DNA of 64,000 nucleotides from an uncultured Anaerolineales bacterium (GTDB taxonomy: Bacteria > Chloroflexota > Anaerolineae > Anaerolineales > UBA11858), in NCBI GenBank assembly GCA_964406305.1, contig CAYORF010000004.1:2237-66236 (forward strand). The letters run 5' to 3'. Below are positions 39,428-48,315 of this stretch, in pieces. Positions within the stretch are counted from its first letter, which is position 1. Every line of letters starts with the position of its first letter. The notes below the pieces were generated by a model. That model had not been told where the DNA came from. It saw only the letters and a program-made list of their open reading frames with translations, and did not search any database. A program made the translations under genes and the position numbers.

Positions 39428-39775
39428 ATGTATCAACTTCTAATACTCATCCCTCTCACCGTTAACATCAATGCATTTGATGAAGGCTGGCCTGATTTCT
39501 TGAAAGCAGCCGAGCTTATGGACGGCTTGATCCGGGAATCTGTCTCCCGGATTGACCGCGGGATTTACGGACAAAATAATATCCGTAGAATATACTGTTT
39601 TCTATTTCATGATAAATCCTCTCTTGAAAAAGCTCTCATTTCGCCTCCGGGAGAGAAAGCCGGGAAAATCATTCACGAAATAACAGGGGGAGAGGTCATA
39701 CTTCTCAGTGGAACTTTCCATGAGGATACTCTGGATCGGATTCAATCATGGGAAGATACGGTCGATAAATCATGA
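39428..39775 (+). CDS. Hypothetical protein, possibly EthD-like alpha-beta barrel
   Basis: 115 aa with alternating strand/helix pattern; overlaps the next start (ATGA). Family call is tentative. Confidence 0.5.
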   Translation: MYQLLILIPLTVNINAFDEGWPDFLKAAELMDGLIRESVSRIDRGIYGQNNIRRIYCFLFHDKSSLEKALISPPGEKAGKIIHEITGGEVILLSGTFHEDTLDRIQSWEDTVDKS

Positions 39776-40497
39776 AAAGATCTTCTACTGGATCGATATT
39801 GAAATGGTTTCTGATTCCCCTCATTTTAATAATCATTACTTCCCTTATATATGTTTTTTTTCAATTTGGGAATATATCCTCATCCAGAAACAGACAGGTT
39901 ATCACTTGGATCAGAAATCCCCAATCTCACCCTGAGTGGAAAATGTCATCCAAAACTCGCTGCCAGGAATCCTCTCCATTTTTATTTCCGACAGATGGTT
40001 ATATCGGATATTTATGGGACGATTCTTTCCGACCTGGACATCGACATCAAGGCATTGATATTTTCACTGATCTAAAATCCGGAGAATCTCCTATTTATGC
40101 AGCATACGATGGATACCTAACCAGATTATCCGATTGGAAATCCTCCCTGATCTTACGCATTCCCGAGGATCCTCTTTCACCCCGGCGCCAGATCTGGATC
40201 TATTACACTCATATGGCTGATTCAAAAGGCAACTCCTATATCGTTTCTGATTACTCGCCTGGAACGATTGAGGTTTTTGTTAAAGAAGGCACACTTCTAG
40301 GTTACCAGGGTAATTATTCTGGAACTCCCGGAAATCCAACAGGGATACATCTTCATTTCTCAATAGTGAAGGATGATGGACTAGGCAGCTTTTTGAATGA
40401 GTTGAAGATTCAAAACACACTGGACCCATCACCTTATTTTGATTTGCCATTAAACGGGAAAGAGAATACTGATGAAATTCCCGTATGCCCCCACTAA
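39772..40497 (+). CDS. M23-family metallopeptidase with N-terminal TM
   Basis: HQGID (HxxxD), YTHM, HLHF (HxH). Confidence 0.85.
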   Translation: MKRSSTGSILKWFLIPLILIIITSLIYVFFQFGNISSSRNRQVITWIRNPQSHPEWKMSSKTRCQESSPFLFPTDGYIGYLWDDSFRPGHRHQGIDIFTDLKSGESPIYAAYDGYLTRLSDWKSSLILRIPEDPLSPRRQIWIYYTHMADSKGNSYIVSDYSPGTIEVFVKEGTLLGYQGNYSGTPGNPTGIHLHFSIVKDDGLGSFLNELKIQNTLDPSPYFDLPLNGKENTDEIPVCPH

Positions 40498-40530
40498 AAA
40501 TACATACCTAATTCCAGGGAGGGATAGATC

Positions 40531-41307
40531 ATGTCTGAAAAAGAATTTGTAGTGATCAAAATTATAGGGAAGGTAGGTTTGGTTAAACTCAACAGACCTG
40601 AATCATATAATGCGCTCAATCTGCAACTCTTATCCGAGTTAATGGAATCCCTAAAAGAATTGGATGAGAGGGATGATATTGGCGTAATAGTTATCACTGG
40701 CGATGAAAAATCATTTGCTGCCGGCGCAGACATATCCTCCATGGCAAAAGCTACAAAGGATGAAATTAGAAAAAGCAAATTCATTCCAACTTTTTCACTG
40801 ATAAGAGAAATCAAAAAACCTATCGTTGCCGCTGTTTCAGGATACTGTTTGGGAGGAGGATTGGAATTGGCCATGTCCTGCGATATAATCATCTCTTCCA
40901 CAAAATCAAAATTCGGTCAACCTGAAATCAACCTGGGTATTATTCCAGGAGCTGGAGGAACGCAGCGATTAACAAGAGCAGTTGGAAAAGTTATCGCAAT
41001 GGAAATGATCTTGAATAATCGGACACTAAAGGCTGAAGAGGCACTTTCGTTGGGATTGATCAATGCCGTGTATCCGGTAGAAGATTATCTGGAAGAAGGC
41101 CTTTCCCTGGCACAGGAAATTGCATCCAGGGCTCCATTGGCAATACAAGCTGCCAAACGAGCTATTAATCAAGTTGATGAATTAGCTTTAACAGATGGAT
41201 TGAATGAAGAAAGAGATCTGTTCTTTAATCTTTTTTCAACCCAGGACCAAAAAGAAGGAATGAGTGCTTTTCTTGAAAAAAGAAAACCGGGCTGGATAGG
41301 AAGTTGA
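40531..41307 (+). CDS. Enoyl-CoA hydratase/isomerase
   Basis: LNRPESYNAL, FAAGADI, GGGLELA, FGQPEINLGIIPGAGGTQRL. Confidence 0.93.
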   Translation: MSEKEFVVIKIIGKVGLVKLNRPESYNALNLQLLSELMESLKELDERDDIGVIVITGDEKSFAAGADISSMAKATKDEIRKSKFIPTFSLIREIKKPIVAAVSGYCLGGGLELAMSCDIIISSTKSKFGQPEINLGIIPGAGGTQRLTRAVGKVIAMEMILNNRTLKAEEALSLGLINAVYPVEDYLEEGLSLAQEIASRAPLAIQAAKRAINQVDELALTDGLNEERDLFFNLFSTQDQKEGMSAFLEKRKPGWIGS

Positions 41308-41319
41308 CTTTGCCCATAT

Positions 41320-41680
41320 CTATTATCCCCAATATGTATTAATAGTTATTTGTAGTAATCGTAGTAGGGCCTGTGGATATGTGGAAAATGTATTTTGAGA
41401 GTAATAATTGGTTTTAAGAACCGAATATATGGAGGATAACAAAAGGGCACTACCCAAATAGGGGGTCAAACTACCTTATAAGTGATTGGCATATTACCAA
41501 CAGGCAGGTGGGGATACTTTTGAATAGATTAGAGGTTTAATGGAAAATAATCAAAAAATCCAGAAAATTTGGAAAAGGTGTTTATAAGAGGCCTTTTTTT
41601 CCGCGAATAATTAGGTAAAAAGGGGGTAGTTATCCCCAAAAGGGACTAGTTATCCACATAAAGAGTGCACTTATCCACAG
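41320..41680. other. Putative chromosomal replication origin (oriC)
   Basis: DnaA boxes at 41323-41331, 41372-41380, 41380-41388, 41630-41638, 41650-41658 and 41671-41679 (the last two are perfect TTATCCACA). The minus strand reads TTTTCCACA-TATCCACA-GGCCC-TACTACGATTACTAC followed by an AT-rich stretch. Confidence 0.85.
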
Positions 41681-41711
41681 ATAATGAGCCCAAGTTAACA
41701 GATTATTAAGA

Positions 41712-41741
41712 TAAAAAAACCTTCAAAAAGAAGGTTTTTTT
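41712..41741 (-). terminator. Intrinsic terminator after glgC
   Basis: AAAAAAACCTTC-AAAAA-GAAGGTTTTTTT. Confidence 0.8.
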
Positions 41742-41767
41742 GTTGAAATTAAGGGTTTAAACGAGGT

Positions 41768-43024
41768 TTAATCAGGGGAAATAACAGTTCCATCGGGGAT
41801 GATCTTACTTTTGGGGATTACGACAATACCATCTCTGATGAACCAGATTTTTGTATCTTTTTCAGTTCCTGGAGGAAAAGGCTTGATAATTACATTTGAT
41901 CCAATCCTGGCGTTTTTATCAATGATTGCCCCATCGATATACGAATTCTTTCCAATCCCGATAGGGACTGGAAATTTGGGATCGGAATTTTCCTCGTAAT
42001 AATCGGCTCCCATGATAATGGTGTTTTTGATAACAGCTCCATCCTGGATCTGACTTCTTAATCCTATTACAGAATGAGATATCTCTGCGTTACCGATAGT
42101 ACATCCATCCGACAGGGAGACTCCTTTCATTTCTGCGCCACCAACAATAGACCCAGGGAGAAAGCGGGCGTGGGTATAGATAGGACGGTCGATATCATAG
42201 AAATTAAAGGGAGGAGAAGGTTTTGTCAGGTCGAGATTAGCATTATAAAAAGAGCGGATCGTTCCGATATCTTCCCAGTAACCCTCAAAATCATAACCAA
42301 CAACCTTATGGGTATGTATGGCATGAGGGATGACTTCCTTTCCAAAATCATCTACAACCAATTCTTTAAGAAGTTCGTCCAGGACAGATGTTTTAAATAA
42401 ATAGATTCCCATCGATCCTAATAGAGGCCGATCCGGGTCATCTCTGCTGACGAAGGATTTTTGAACAGCCGGGTCTTTAGTCTTCTCAACAAAATCGGTG
42501 ACAAGCTGATCTTCTCCCCTTTTGAGAATACCCAGGCGGGGAGCTTCTTCCATAGCCACTGGCTGCAGGGCAATTGATATATCACCATCGTTTTCCCACA
42601 TATGTCGAGCCATTTCCCCGTAATCCATCCGGTAAAGATGGTCTCCTGCCAGGATCAAGGTATACTCAGCGCCTGTGCTGTGGATCTCAAACATCTGCTG
42701 CCGGACGGCATCTGCTGTTCCCTGGTACCAGGTATCGTTGATATTGGTTTGCTCCGCGGCCCAGATCTGGACCCAGCCTCGATGAAAAGGATCGAAGTTA
42801 TAGGTCCTGGTGATATGGCGGTGAAGGGAGACGGAATTGAACTGGGTTAGGAGAGCGATCCGGTCGATATTGGAGTTGATGCAGTTGCTAATGGGAATGT
42901 CGATCAGGCGATACTTTCCCCCAATCGGGACGGCCGGCTTTGCGCGCACTTTCGTAAGTGGAAAAAGGCGGGTTCCCTGTCCTCCCCCCATGATCACGGC
43001 CAGGATATTTTTCGTTGATGGCAC
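41768..43024 (-). CDS. glgC: Glucose-1-phosphate adenylyltransferase
   Basis: GGGQGTRLFPLT..RAKPAV, YQGTADAV, LAGDHLY, FVEK, DFGKEVIP, YWEDIGT. Confidence 0.95.
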   Translation of the reverse strand: MPSTKNILAVIMGGGQGTRLFPLTKVRAKPAVPIGGKYRLIDIPISNCINSNIDRIALLTQFNSVSLHRHITRTYNFDPFHRGWVQIWAAEQTNINDTWYQGTADAVRQQMFEIHSTGAEYTLILAGDHLYRMDYGEMARHMWENDGDISIALQPVAMEEAPRLGILKRGEDQLVTDFVEKTKDPAVQKSFVSRDDPDRPLLGSMGIYLFKTSVLDELLKELVVDDFGKEVIPHAIHTHKVVGYDFEGYWEDIGTIRSFYNANLDLTKPSPPFNFYDIDRPIYTHARFLPGSIVGGAEMKGVSLSDGCTIGNAEISHSVIGLRSQIQDGAVIKNTIIMGADYYEENSDPKFPVPIGIGKNSYIDGAIIDKNARIGSNVIIKPFPPGTEKDTKIWFIRDGIVVIPKSKIIPDGTVISPD

Positions 43025-43152
43025 GCTGGTCTCCTTCTTGTTGACTGGTCTGTATAGATTATAACCTTTCTACGAGGGATAAAAGGACATAGGAAGAATT
43101 TTCTAACAGGTATAATTTCAAGTATCTGACAGAGACTAAAGGACTTGAATTT

Positions 43153-44112
43153 ATGAAAAATAACAAAAGAAGGTTGGGAAAATCAGATTTGACCCTGTCC
43201 AGAATTGGTTTAGGAGCCTGGGCAATCGGCGGCGAATGGGAGTGGGGCTGGGGCAGCCAGGATGATCAAAAATCGATCAAAACCATCCACAAAGCCCTAG
43301 AGGCGAGAATCAACTGGATCGACACAGCCGCTATTTATGGCTTGGGCCGCTCCGAAAGAGTTGTCGGCGAGGCACTAAAACAAACTTCCTACAAACCATA
43401 CATTTTTACCAAGTGTGGACTTGTCTGGGACGAAAACAGGAAAGTGGGGAACGCATTACATAGAGAGTCGGTACTAAATGAAATTGAAGCCAGTTTGAAG
43501 AGGCTGGATGTTGAAACGATCGATCTTTACCAAATACATTGGCCAAACCCTGACGGGGATATTGAAGAAGCTTATGAGGTTATGGCGGAGATCCAGAAAA
43601 CAGGCAAAATTCGCTACCTGGGTGTTTCTAACTTCTCTGTAGAGCAAATGCAGCGAGTTGGAAAAATAGCTGAGATTACCTCACTCCAGCCACCCTATTC
43701 CCTACTATTTCCAGAAGTGGAACAGGAAATCTTGCCCTACTGCCTGGAACAGGAAATTGGTGTGATCAATTATTCACCCATGGCCTCGGGACTATTGTCC
43801 GGTAAGATGGACCGGGAAAGGATCAAGAACTTACCGGACGATGATTGGCGGAAGAGGAACGACAACTATAAGGAACCTCGCCTGACGCGCAATTTGGCAT
43901 TGGTAGAGATACTAATAGAAATTGGAAAACGGCATGGCTCAACTGCCGGGGAAGCAGCAATAGCCTGGACTTTATTGAACCCCGCAGTAACTAGCGCGAT
44001 TGTAGGGATGAGGAGCCCGGACCAAGTGGACGGCGTGATCCATGCCGGCGAGATCACCCTTACTGAACAAGATATTCAGGAGATAGAAACATTTCTATCA
44101 AAAGAGAAATAA
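43153..44112 (+). CDS. Aldo/keto reductase
   Basis: GLGAWAIG, WIDTAAIYG, IDLYQIHWP, GVSNF, YSPMASGLL. Confidence 0.93.
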   Translation: MKNNKRRLGKSDLTLSRIGLGAWAIGGEWEWGWGSQDDQKSIKTIHKALEARINWIDTAAIYGLGRSERVVGEALKQTSYKPYIFTKCGLVWDENRKVGNALHRESVLNEIEASLKRLDVETIDLYQIHWPNPDGDIEEAYEVMAEIQKTGKIRYLGVSNFSVEQMQRVGKIAEITSLQPPYSLLFPEVEQEILPYCLEQEIGVINYSPMASGLLSGKMDRERIKNLPDDDWRKRNDNYKEPRLTRNLALVEILIEIGKRHGSTAGEAAIAWTLLNPAVTSAIVGMRSPDQVDGVIHAGEITLTEQDIQEIETFLSKEK

Positions 44113-44134
44113 TCGGTTCAAATTGAAGAAGAAC

Positions 44135-44172
44135 AAAAAAACCGATCCTTATAATTGGGATCGGTTTTTTTT
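44135..44172. terminator. Bidirectional intrinsic terminator
   Basis: AAAAAAACCGATCC...GGATCGGTTTTTTT between the aldo/keto reductase and the tRNA. Confidence 0.85.
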
Positions 44173-44177
44173 ATCTG

Positions 44178-44260
44178 TGCCGAAGGTGGGAATCGAACCC
44201 ACAATCCTCAAGGGAACGCGAGTTTGAGTCGCGCGCGTCTGCCAGTTCCGCCACTCCGGC
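44178..44260 (-). tRNA. tRNA-Leu(CAA)
   Basis: GCCGGAG/CTTCGGC acceptor stem, GGCGGAACTGGCAGACGC D-arm, anticodon loop CT-CAA-AC, variable arm, GGTTCGATTCC. Confidence 0.95.
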
Positions 44261-44456
44261 TTGTCGTGAATTAGTATACCAAAAGAATAACTAAGGTCAA
44301 GACGACAAGAAAATCCGTAGGGAAGCACTATACAATCTCCATGTCACTAAACTGGAAAAACTTACTGAGGAAACCCCCTTGCCCGCTGCTGAAAATCAGG
44401 TAGAATAGAGTCTGATACAATGATACACTTTACGCTAACAGCACTGGAGAGAAGAG

Positions 44457-44855
44457 ATGGAAATTGAAATCGAATTTCAAAGTGGCGTCCCTCTCTACGA
44501 ACAAATCGCCCACCAGGTACTGGAGCTGATCGAAGCAGGCGCATTGAATCCAGGAGATCAACTACCGACTACCCGGGAACTGGCTGTCAAACTTAATATT
44601 AATTTCAATACGGTGGCCCGGGCATACCGGATGCTGGACCAGGGAGAAATTATTTCCACCCAGCACGGGAGAGGAACTTTTATCCTGGAGCAAAAAGATA
44701 ACAAAGGTTTCAGAAAGCAAAAGGCAGAGAATATCGAGGATCTGACCAAGTTTTATATCAGGAAAGCCACCTACCTAGGGTTTAATCCCGAGGAAATCAG
44801 GACCTGTTTTGAGAGCATGGTAGAGAGAAATGACGATAAAAACACCAAAGACTAA
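44457..44855 (+). CDS. GntR-family regulator, YtrA subfamily
   Basis: PLYEQI, LPTTRELA..L.INFNTVARAY, RGTFI; short C-terminal domain. Confidence 0.9.
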   Translation: MEIEIEFQSGVPLYEQIAHQVLELIEAGALNPGDQLPTTRELAVKLNINFNTVARAYRMLDQGEIISTQHGRGTFILEQKDNKGFRKQKAENIEDLTKFYIRKATYLGFNPEEIRTCFESMVERNDDKNTKD

Positions 44856-44862
44856 GGGAGGA

Positions 44863-44878
44863 TGTTTCACGTGAAACA
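44863..44878. other. parS centromere-like site
   Basis: Perfect palindrome TGTTTCACGTGAAACA, matching the bacterial parS consensus; intergenic. Confidence 0.9.
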
Positions 44879-44887
44879 TATAAATTT

Positions 44888-45754
44888 ATGACCACTATTG
44901 GATTAATTCTAAGAATAATAAACGCAGGATTAATGATCGGGATTCCGATAACTGCCGCGCTCCTGATTTACAAACGAGGAAAAAGTGGATTTCGGCCGAT
45001 CTGGATTGGGGCGGCGGTTTTCATTCTGTCCCAGGTTGGACATATTCCTTTTAACCAGTTCTTGATGGTTCCGGGATTGAAGGCTCTGGGGGTGGATGTC
45101 GCTGCTCAGGGAGGAGTTTCGCTCTGGGTACTGGGCGCCGCCGCTGGATTGTCTGCCGGTGTTTTTGAGGAGATTGCTCGATATTTAGCCTTGAAATTCT
45201 GGTTGAAAAAGGACGCCCATACTCTGCTTCCTCTAAAATACGGGATCGGCCATGGGGGAGTTGAGGCCTTGTTGGTTGGCGGTTTGGCTCTGATTGCGTT
45301 GGTCCAGGTTTTGGTCCTGAGAGGAGAGGGAGCGATAGCTGCGCTTGACTCTGAAACGGTCGCTTTAGTTCACTCCCAGCTTGAAGCATATTGGGCTGTA
45401 CCCTGGTATCAATCCCTTCTGGGTGCCTGGGAGAGAATCTCGGCTATGATGTTTCATGTTGGGGCATCGATCCTGGTGTATAAAACTGTTCGCAGCAAAA
45501 AATTAATTTACTTGATAGTTGCTGTTTTGGGGCATATGTTGTTGGATGCTTTTGCTGTTATTGCCGTTCAACAGTTGGATTTGGTCTTGATGGAAGCTTT
45601 GATTTTTGTCTTTTCTGCTGGATGGCTTTACTGGGCCTGGAGGATCCGGGAAATTGATCCAGAAGAAGGTTTGGAATTGCCTGTGCTAGATCAAGTGCAA
45701 TTATCAGCCGCTCAAGTTACAACAGAACAAATAGAAGAGAGTCGATATGATTAA
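44888..45754 (+). CDS. YhfC-family intramembrane (glutamic-type) protease
   Basis: AGVFEEIARY, YGIGHGGVE, WERISAMMFH; multiple TM segments. Confidence 0.85.
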   Translation: MTTIGLILRIINAGLMIGIPITAALLIYKRGKSGFRPIWIGAAVFILSQVGHIPFNQFLMVPGLKALGVDVAAQGGVSLWVLGAAAGLSAGVFEEIARYLALKFWLKKDAHTLLPLKYGIGHGGVEALLVGGLALIALVQVLVLRGEGAIAALDSETVALVHSQLEAYWAVPWYQSLLGAWERISAMMFHVGASILVYKTVRSKKLIYLIVAVLGHMLLDAFAVIAVQQLDLVLMEALIFVFSAGWLYWAWRIREIDPEEGLELPVLDQVQLSAAQVTTEQIEESRYD

Positions 45755-46697
45755 TAATGGTCCAATTATTGTCACAGAAAAGCTAACCAAAAGTTTTGGT
45801 GAGATTGTAGCTGTAAATCAATTAACACTATCAGTTAAGCGGGGAGAGGTTTTTGGATTATTGGGGCCCAACGGGGCTGGGAAAACTACCACGGTCAGAA
45901 TGTTGGCTGCATTGCTAATTCCTTCTGGTGGGACGGCCCACGTGGCGGGTTTTCAGATTGGAGAAGATGACCAGGATATTCGACGCAAGATTGGACTTTT
46001 ACCGGAATCTCCGGGTTTATATGATTCCCTTTCGGCGGAACAGAACCTGGCATTTTTTGGTTCTATGTATGGAGTTGAGAATATCGCCGAACAAATACAA
46101 AAGTACCTAGAGTTGCTGGGTTTGTGGAATAGGCGTTATGAGCCGGTGGGAACTTTTTCAAAAGGTATGCGCCAAAAATTAGCCATTGCCCGGGCCTTGA
46201 TTCATGAACCGGATGTTCTCTTCCTGGATGAACCCACCAGTGGCTTGGACCCCCAGGCTTCTCGTTTAGTGAGAGAGTTCATCGAGGAATTGAAGGGGGA
46301 AGGGCGCACGATCATTCTAACCACCCATAATCTGGTGGAAGCTGACCGTTTATGTGATCGGGTGGCTGTAATCTCAGGTCATCTCTTGGCCTTAGACGCT
46401 CCAGGAGAATTAAGAAGGAAGATTTTTGGCAGAAAAGTGGTCTTTCATTTACAGGAAGCCAACCAGGCGTTGGTCGGAGCCTTGGAAAAATTCCCGTTTG
46501 TAAGCGATGTGCAGGCGGTGGATAATAAGATCCTAGCAGCAGTGGAAAACCCTGAAGAGCAGAATCCTCAACTGATCCGAGCCCTTGTAGATGGGGGGGC
46601 GGAACTGCAGTTTGTGGGCGAGCTCAAGCGACGCCTGGAAGATGTTTACCTGGAATTGATGGGAGCTAATAAGGACAATAATCATGGACAGAATTAA
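45747..46697 (+). CDS. ABC transporter ATP-binding protein
   Basis: GPNGAGKTT, FSKGMRQK, FLDEPTSGLD. Confidence 0.93.
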   Translation: MINNGPIIVTEKLTKSFGEIVAVNQLTLSVKRGEVFGLLGPNGAGKTTTVRMLAALLIPSGGTAHVAGFQIGEDDQDIRRKIGLLPESPGLYDSLSAEQNLAFFGSMYGVENIAEQIQKYLELLGLWNRRYEPVGTFSKGMRQKLAIARALIHEPDVLFLDEPTSGLDPQASRLVREFIEELKGEGRTIILTTHNLVEADRLCDRVAVISGHLLALDAPGELRRKIFGRKVVFHLQEANQALVGALEKFPFVSDVQAVDNKILAAVENPEEQNPQLIRALVDGGAELQFVGELKRRLEDVYLELMGANKDNNHGQN

Positions 46698-47475
46698 AGC
46701 GATAATCATTAAGGAATGGCGGGAAGTATTCAAGAATAAATTTGTGCTTTTTACAGTATCTTTTCTTCCGCTTATGATCACGGCATTGCCGCTAGTTATC
46801 CTTTATTTTGCTGGATCTTCAGACGGTTTTGCGGGCATATCTACGGCAGATCTTCCTTCTCAGTTTGAACCATTATGTGGGGAGTTGGGCGGTAGCGATT
46901 GTATGCTGTATTACATTGTGACCCAATTCATACTGTTGTTTATGATGGTGCCGGTAATTGTTCCGATGACCATAGCCTCCTACAGCATTGTGGGTGAAAA
47001 AACCACTCGGACACTTGAACCTTTATTGGCGACCCCGGTAACTACGATCGAGATCCTGGTTGGTAAGGGTTTGGCGGGAGTGATCCCTGCGGTGTTGACG
47101 ACCTGGATAGGGTACCTGATCTATGCGGCCGGGGCTTATCTGATGGTTTCAAATTCGGCGGTGGTAAGCAAGTTGTTCGACCCGCTGTGGATGATCGCCA
47201 TTTTCCTAGTAGGCCCACTTCTGTCCCTTATGGGAGTCAGTATCTCTGTGATGATTTCTTCCCGAGTAAATGACCCACGAGTGGCTGAACAGATCTCAGG
47301 AATCTTCGTGCTTCCTGTGGTAGGCTTATTTATTGGACAGTTGACCGGGATGATCCTGGTCAATGAAACGTTCATTCTTTGGATGGCAGCAGCGCTACTT
47401 GTGCTGGACATTATCCTGTTTTATTTCGCAGTCCAGGTCTTTCAAAGAGAAACTATCCTTTCGCGTTGGAAATAG
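46684..47475 (+). CDS. ABC-2-type permease
   Basis: KEWRE, SIVGEKTTRTLEPLLATP; six TM segments. Confidence 0.9.
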   Translation: MDRIKAIIIKEWREVFKNKFVLFTVSFLPLMITALPLVILYFAGSSDGFAGISTADLPSQFEPLCGELGGSDCMLYYIVTQFILLFMMVPVIVPMTIASYSIVGEKTTRTLEPLLATPVTTIEILVGKGLAGVIPAVLTTWIGYLIYAAGAYLMVSNSAVVSKLFDPLWMIAIFLVGPLLSLMGVSISVMISSRVNDPRVAEQISGIFVLPVVGLFIGQLTGMILVNETFILWMAAALLVLDIILFYFAVQVFQRETILSRWK

Positions 47476-47479
47476 AAAT

Positions 47480-48226
47480 ATGAAAATGAATAAATGGTTG
47501 AAAATATTGTTGGTCATGGCAGTCCTTCTAATTCCCGTAACGGCCTTCGCTGCTCAGGACGGAACACGATTGCAGTTGGGCTTGATAAGGAATTTTGGAT
47601 ATGGTGGATTAGGAAAGATCCAGGGAAATTTCACGTTAATGATCTCAAATCCCCCGGCTGAATTAAGCGAAGTGCGATTTTATATCGATGGGGAATTGTT
47701 GGAATCAGTGGAAACTGAACCTTTCAATTTTAAGTTCCATACCAGCGCTTTTGACGATGGCGAACGGGAGATGTCTGCCGAAGGAACACTTGCTGATGGC
47801 ACGATCCTGGAATCCAACCATATATCCAAGGTGTTCCTGTCTTCAGATCAGGCCTGGGGTGAAACCCAAAACCTTATTGGTCCAATTCTCATCGGAACAG
47901 CAGTGCTGACCTTGCTTGGTGTTGGTGTGCCCCTGCTGGCGAGCAAGAATAAAAATTTCATCCTAGGGAAATATGGTCCGGCGGGAGGAGTTGTTTGTCC
48001 GCGCTGTGAGCTGCCATTCTCCCGATCTGCTCTTTCTCCCAACTTGATTGTTGGAAAAATGGTTCGATGTCCCCATTGTGGGAAAGTCAGTATATTGCCC
48101 CGTGCGTCAAGTGTCAGTTTGCAGGAGGCTGAATCCCGTTATACCCGGAAAGACGAGCCCGGGACGATCCATCCCGGAAAAGGGGATCTGCAAAAACAGC
48201 TCGAAGATTCCAGGTTTGAGGATTGA
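47480..48226 (+). CDS. Membrane protein: signal peptide, Ig-like domain, TM, zinc ribbon
   Basis: Signal peptide ending AFA; VRFYIDG..PFNFKF Ig-like strands; TM; CPRC and CPHC. Start refined to the ATG at 47480. Confidence 0.75.
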   Translation: MKMNKWLKILLVMAVLLIPVTAFAAQDGTRLQLGLIRNFGYGGLGKIQGNFTLMISNPPAELSEVRFYIDGELLESVETEPFNFKFHTSAFDDGEREMSAEGTLADGTILESNHISKVFLSSDQAWGETQNLIGPILIGTAVLTLLGVGVPLLASKNKNFILGKYGPAGGVVCPRCELPFSRSALSPNLIVGKMVRCPHCGKVSILPRASSVSLQEAESRYTRKDEPGTIHPGKGDLQKQLEDSRFED

Positions 48227-48315
48227 GTCTTCCGGCTTTCTAAACTATTAGGTAAAAAGGGCTCGCTTGGACTATAATTAATCCGTTGTATTATATACGA
48301 GCCCTGAAACCTCCC

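Noticed and set aside
34996-44260. Genomic island between or at the two tRNAs
   Set aside because: No integrase, no duplicated tRNA 3' ends, and the content is housekeeping including the origin candidate.
44413-44427. TGATACA direct repeat as the YtrA operator
   Set aside because: The position downstream of a plausible promoter is suggestive, but it is only 7 bp and not the inverted repeat expected for GntR/YtrA.
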